This document shows positions 57,581 through 64,000 of a stretch of DNA of 64,000 nucleotides, piece after piece. The notes beneath the pieces were generated by a model. The model was not told the origin of the DNA and did not search any database. It saw only the letters and a list, made by a program, of their open reading frames with translations. The position numbers and the translations under genes were made by a program. Source of the DNA: the human T2T-CHM13v2.0 reference genome, Homo sapiens; NCBI RefSeq assembly GCF_009914755.1, contig NC_060927.1. The stretch is one strand, 5' to 3'. Position 1 is the first letter of the stretch. Each line of letters begins with the position of its first letter.

Positions 57581-60500
57581 CTACTCACATATTTCTAAGT
57601 TGACCTCAAAATGTTTAAAGAACTGCAAATAATATCATTTCCAGATCACTCTCAATATGAAAATTTTTAAAGATATCTGATATATCCAATACAATGTATC
57701 TTTGAAATATAGTCAATGGAATATAAACACCAGAGCAATTTGACCATTATATCCAATTTTTAAAAAAAATGAATAAATGAGTTATTATTTAAATATTGGA
57801 AATTTTTTATCCTTTATTCTTGAATTCATATTTATTTCCATTCCACTTCCCCCTCAGAATTTAGTCCTAATGTAATTTTATTTCATTTTTAGAAATGTTT
57901 TATTGATCATTCTATCAAACTTTGTTGCACCAGAATATGAATATAAATATCAACCTAAATTTTTTAACATTTTCTGTGACCATAAAGTTATAAGTAATAA
58001 AATTATTCTATATTGAGTTATTATTATAATTTCTAATCATTACTTGATTAAAATAACAACGTTATAAACTTTGATAAAAATTACATAGAATAAATAGGAA
58101 AACTGTATTGAAAATGTGCCTTTTGTTGAAAAAGAAGCCTATTGTCTTTCCAATTCACTTATGTATCTGTTGATTAATATTATTTATTGACAGAATGAGA
58201 CAGAGTTCTCCATCAATTCTATTTCTATTATTTGTTTTTATAGATGTAAACCTTGAGAAAACTTTAAAATAAGTAGATGGAAATGGGAAAAATCTTGCTA
58301 CGGCAATGTCAATCAATTCTTTGAGTTTCCTTTGAATTATATACCAAAATCACATTGTGATCTATTATCAAAAATTATTGGGTTTGTTTGTTGTTTTTCT
58401 TTTGCAACAGGGGCTCGGTCTGTCACCTAGGCTGGAGTGCAGTGGCAGGATCTTATTAGCCAGTCATTATAGCCATTTACTGACCCAAGCCTGTACCTAT
58501 ACCACCAAGGGTTTCTTCTGTTTCTTTTTACCACCTGAGAGAATGCATCTCAGTAAGACTAGAAAAAAAAATTCATTAGTTCTTTAAGTGAGAGGAGAGC
58601 AAGTGTAGAAAGTTAAGAGGGGAAAGAAGCCGACAGGACAACTCTCTCAGTGGACATTCAGACAGATCAACTTTGGGAAATTGTTCATGTGGAAGTTCTG
58701 GATCTGGAAATTGATTCCCCCAAAGCTATCCATGCCCACACATCCATGGAAAGTCTTTGTAAACTCTTTTGAGATAAGCATACTGCAGTGTAAAGACCAT
58801 TCCTGTAGCTCATTCTTCCATGACCTTTAGATGTATCCTTCAAACTTGTACCTACCTCATCATTGCACCATGTACATCAATCACAAAAAATGTTTTGGGC
58901 ATTTTTCCAAGTATTGGAGACACAGCAAAGAATAAAAGAAACAAAAGTGCTGCCCTCCACACTAGTGGAGAAGACAGATAATAAAGAGTTGGAATTTGAT
59001 TCCATTTTACACTGAGCAAACTAAGAATGTGACAGAGAGAAATAGAAAGCTCAGGCTGTTGCTGCTCCTGGAACACATGATCTTGTAGCCCACCAGGGCA
59101 ATGTACTATGGCCTTTGTCGTAAGTTTCCCCAGGACCGAGCAGAGTGACAGGCACATAATAGGCTCTCAAAACATATTTGTCTAATTAGTTTAGTGTCAT
59201 TTATAAAATCATAACTTTTTAGGCCCAGAAGGGAACTTAGTAATCACTTGATCCCATTTCTCTTTTACTTAGAGAAAAAAAAAATGAAGCCTGGAAAGAT
59301 GAAGTGGCTTGCCAAGGTCACCAATCTAGTCAGCATTAGATCCTGTTTGTAGCAAGTAAACAATCTCTAGATACCTTGAATCCAGACAAATTCTGCACCC
59401 ATGATACTTTATCATAGTCCCAGTTGATAGCTGCCACTGAGAAAATGTCCCTGGCCCATGCCCATGTAACCTCCCAACAAAGCTTTAGTGTCTATATAAA
59501 AAGTGAAATAAGAAAATACTTCTTTTTTTCCACTATTCATGAATTCTTTGGAATTCACAGGAAATGTACATTATAACAGGAACAACTGGTCAGGAGGGTC
59601 ATTTTGAGTGGCTGCCTCTACAACCCAAAATGTGGTTTCTTGACTTCACATGCACAGTATGAATGGGATTTTTAATGAATGGGAGTCTTCCACAGTTTCA
59701 CTATGAATTTGAGATCTGTTATAGAGCCCAGAGGTCAAATTTCCCATGAAGGGTTAGTGGAATGACAGTCAAGAAGATTCCTTGGGCAGAGAAATAACAG
59801 TTCAAGAGGAAACGCCGTTGCTTCTGCTCTGAAATCTCTGGGGTAAGTCCTTGGAGTGGCTGTTGCCCCTGCCAGAGGGAAGTTCCTGGTGGTCAAATGA
59901 AGAGTTCCAAGTAAAAGAAAGAAAGAATTGTTTAATTACACTGGCACAAATGGAAACCAAGCCTCTGAGAGGAGAATTTGTTTTGTTTTGATTTCTGAGT
60001 CTGTCCCCAGTGGTTTCACTTTTCATTTCTGTGGCATTTGGATGAGGTGACGTGCCGTGAGAAGTTTCTGCTCATGGCCTTCGAATAAGAAACCCTGGAA
60101 ATCACACTCAGGGGTAGGGGCCAAGGAACCCAAAAGAAAAGATCCTTTCACAGCAATCCTTCAACCTCTGATGACGACTTCCTTGTATTTAGCTCCATCC
60201 CTGAGCTCTTCTGCATTCTAAGCCGGCATTTCCCACCTGCTTCTGGAAGACATTTCAAATCTATTCCCATGATTGTTTCCCCTAAAACTGCTCTTTCTCC
60301 TGTTTCCTCTTGTTCAGCAAACAGCCCTACCATCTACCCAGGTATCCAAGTCTGAAACTCGGGACTTATTGTTGACTCCTTGTCTTGTACCACCTCAAAT
60401 ATGATCATCACCAGGTCCTGCCATTGCTGCCTGCTAAGTAAATCCACACCCTTCTCCTCCTCAGAAGTTCTAGGGCCAATGCCCTAGTGAAGTAATCAGT

Positions 60501-61118
60501 TCTCATAAGAACTGCTATAAAAACCTTCTACCCAGAGTCTGAGCCTCCACTTAGGTCAACTCCAGTCCGTCCTCCACATTGTTCCTCATGGTCTTTCAAA
60601 AAGGAAAACCCAATTACCAACCTTTCCACTCCTTAAAGCCCTTCCATGGCTCTGGCAACAGAGACAGCTATGAAATAGGATAAAGCAAAGAGGAAGCCTA
60701 TAAATCTGGACTCCTGAGTAGGAATTCCAGCCCTGCTACTCATCCTGGGCAAGTCACAATGAAGGCCTGTCTGAGCCTTCACGTCTTTTCAAACAACACG
60801 AAGAAGTGTGGGGAACAGCTTTTGTAAAAAAGTTAATATATCTTGCAGACCATTCTATATTAGTATACTCAGATATGCCTCCTTTTTAATGGCCGCATTG
60901 CATTCCATTTTACAGATAAAATGTATTGAACTAATTCTTTATGGATAACCATTTCTGCTATATTAAAAACATCTTAGAAGTGAAATTCCTGAAACAAAGA
61001 ATATACACAGTTTTCATTTGATAGCTATTGCAAAGTTATCTCCCACTGAGGTTCTACCAATTTACATCACTACCAGATCTTCACCAATATTTGCATGAGA
61101 ATCAGCCACACACATTTA

Positions 61119-61420
61119 TTTGTTTTTATTTTTATTTTTTTGAGACAGGGTCTCACTCTGTCACCCAGGCAGAGTGCAGTGGCATGATCACAGCTCACTG
61201 CAGGCTCAACCTCCTGATTTCAAGCAGTCCTCCTGCCTCAGCCTCCTGAGAACCTTGGGGTGCGTGGCCCCACACCCAGCTAATTTTTTATTTTTTGTAG
61301 AGATGAGGTCTCATTATGTTGTCCAGGCTGGTCTTGAACTCCTGGACACAAACAAGGAGTGTGTTCCACCTCAGCCTCCCAGGGTGCTAGGATTACAGGT
61401 GTGAGCCACCATGTCCAGCC
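61119..61420 (-). mobile_element. AluJ, antisense, with perfect 15-bp TSD
   Basis: agccacacacattta at 61104-61118 and 61422-61436. Confidence 0.92.
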
Positions 61421-62024
61421 TAGCCACACACATTTAAATCTCAGCTTTGACATGAGGTATGTGACCTCACACAAGTTGCTGAACCACTCTGAGCCTCGGT
61501 TTCCCTGTCTTTTGCAGTACCCACAAGGTTTTTATAAGGGTCAGCCTCCAATAATGAATGCAATAGATATTTTATAATTTATCAAGTGTAAGTGGCAGCA
61601 TCTTATTTGTTACCAACCCCATCCCTGTACTGAGATTTTATATATAAACTTTTCTTCTATCTCTTTAGCTTACTATTGTAATAGTGTGAGCCCCTTGAGG
61701 AAGTTAGATTTAAATAGTACACCTCTTAACCTCTGTAGCAAACTGTGTGCTCAACAAATGTTAGCATATGGTGTCCCAGAGCATACGTCTTTTTAAAAAT
61801 ATATATAGTTTTCAGGTGAGTCCTGGCTATTGATGGTCTTAGAAATTTAAAGCATTCTAAGCCCTTATGCGGGACATAAAAGACTGAATAAATCATTGTA
61901 GATGACCAATATCTATAATCAGAAATAGTTAATTATTGTTCTGACAGAAGTTGATTTTGGAGTGCCATAATATACCAAAGGAAAATTTTCAAAACAATAT
62001 TTCTTAGAGCCATTTATTAGAATG

Positions 62025-62205
62025 TGAATGCTTTATGACAACTTTATTGATGTATAATTTATATACCCTAAAGTTCACCCCTTTTTAGTGTAAAATTTAG
62101 CAATTTGGGATAAACTTAGAGTTGTGCAAGCATCACCACAATCCAATTTGAGAATGTTCCTATCAACCAGTAAGATCCCCCATATGCCCATTAGCAATCA
62201 ATCCA
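62025..62205 (-). mobile_element. L1MB-like 3' end
   Basis: aactttattgatgtataattt...aaagttcacccc...gttgtgcaagcatcaccacaatccaatt. Confidence 0.7.
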
Positions 62206-63206
62206 CCTCTTGTGTCTCCTCCACAGGTTTACAGCCTGGGTTAGCCAGAGATGTGTGGATAGCCTAGGCCTTCTCTGGTCTCTCCCTACATCTGCTCAGA
62301 AGGCAGCTGGGGTGTGTGGACAACTTTGGGGTCAAGCCCCTTTGGGGTTGTCTCATTTCCAGCATATCCCTACTAAATTTCTAGCTTATCTGCCATTCTG
62401 ATGCTTTCCCCAACCAGGACTGCAACCTCAGGTTAATGAATCACTGGCCTTCCCTATTCACTTGTCCCTAAGGTCACTGTGTCACCAGACAACATGGCTG
62501 GGAGTAGGTTTCTCACCCTCTGCCAAACCTGGAGTCAGTTTCTTCCAGCAATCAAACTTCAGGTCTGTTCAGTCTGCCTCATGCTGCCAGAACCTTTGTA
62601 CTGACTGAGCTGGGGTGGGGAGAGAAACAGCCCTGGATGAGAAGCCATAGACTCCCACTATTTTTGCAGAAATAGAGCGATTTTTCATGGAAAAAAAAAT
62701 GCTTCTCAGTTTGTTGTTTGCCTTTGGTCATTTTCTAGATTTCTGAAATGGCTGTTGTTGACAATGTCATCTAGTTTTATCACTGTTTCCAAGGAAGATG
62801 ATTTGCTGACTTGCTCATTCTACCCTATTGGAAGTCTGGAAGTCTGGGTTTGATGAGAAACAGTTCTCCTTTGTTCAGCTTCTCAGTGTTCCAGCAGCTT
62901 TGATCCTTGGACTTCAGGGGACATTTTCCTATAAGTGATGATGCCTCCAGAGGAAAAGCCAGGGCCCAATGCCACCTTGCCAGAACTGTCAATCAGGAAG
63001 TAGCCAGACATCTCTCAGCATACACAGTTGGACTTGGTTCTTCAGAGGCAACTTCATGGGCAAGATAAGCCCAACTGGACAAGAGAAACAGCAATGAAAA
63101 ATATGTATTAAGTATCCACAGGGTAAATAAAACTTCCTCCTGTGGATTAAAAGCTGAGACCTAAGCCCTTCCTCAGCCCAAGAAAATCTAAAGTTGAAGA
63201 CTTTCA

Positions 63207-63640
<434 letters not shown>

Positions 63641-63694
63641 TTAATGCTCCTCTTAAACCCAGAGAGAAAATTCATTTTATTAAAATATCAAGAA

Positions 63695-63945
63695 GGCAAT
63701 ATAGCAGAATAGCTTGATGTGCAGCATCTGGAGCCAAATTCTCGCAGATCGAATTCTTTCCCCACCAACCCTTACCCCTTTTACATGCTGTATGACCTTG
63801 GGCAATTTTCATAAGCTCCTTTACCTCACCTGCCCTACTTATACAATGAGGAAGAGGATTACAATACCTGTCTCAGAAAATTGGTACATGTGAAAGGCCT
63901 TATAATCATACCTAACCTATACTATGAGCTCAGTAGATGTCAGTT
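63695..63945 (+). mobile_element. MIR SINE
   Basis: tctggagccaaa...gctgtatgaccttgggcaa...ctcagtagatgt. Confidence 0.65.
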
Positions 63946-64000
63946 TTTATTAATATTTTTAAACATCATTGTTTTGGGGTTCCCTATTGGCCAGGAACTT

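Noticed and set aside
57600-58350. Very AT-rich block that may be a decayed hAT transposon interior
   Set aside because: No termini or reading frame could be identified, so no family was assigned.

Overview
Human genomic DNA (AT-rich, Alu/L1/MIR/MER-laden; contains a human-lineage AluYa5). The window holds the 3' portion of SCHIP1 (schwannomin-interacting protein 1, also the shared 3' half of IQCJ-SCHIP1; chr3q25) on the + strand. Six shared coding exons (14768-14886, 34812-34929, 36313-36510, 37425-37548, 40702-40795, 45329-45380) splice in frame with GT-AG sites into the 234-aa C-terminal region ([13 protein letters not shown]...HMAEKMPAK*). A candidate alternative first coding exon (1985-2062) would give a 260-aa isoform. 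The 3' UTR ends at about 45970, followed by ~18 kb of repeat-rich DNA with no supportable protein-coding gene. Nearly all ORFs in the supplied track are spurious (Alu- or microsatellite-derived, or exon plus intron run-on). I see no evidence of a new multi-gene system. The best leads are: an intronic 90-nt pre-miRNA-like hairpin (5000-5089); an AT-rich palindrome cluster with a perfect 40-bp inverted repeat (16560-16826); a 534-nt four-exon block flanked by inverted Alus whose back-splice would give a stop-free circular ORF; an AluYa5 nested in an older Alu tail; and several unexplained local duplications. Repeat family names are from recognition by eye and their boundaries are approximate.
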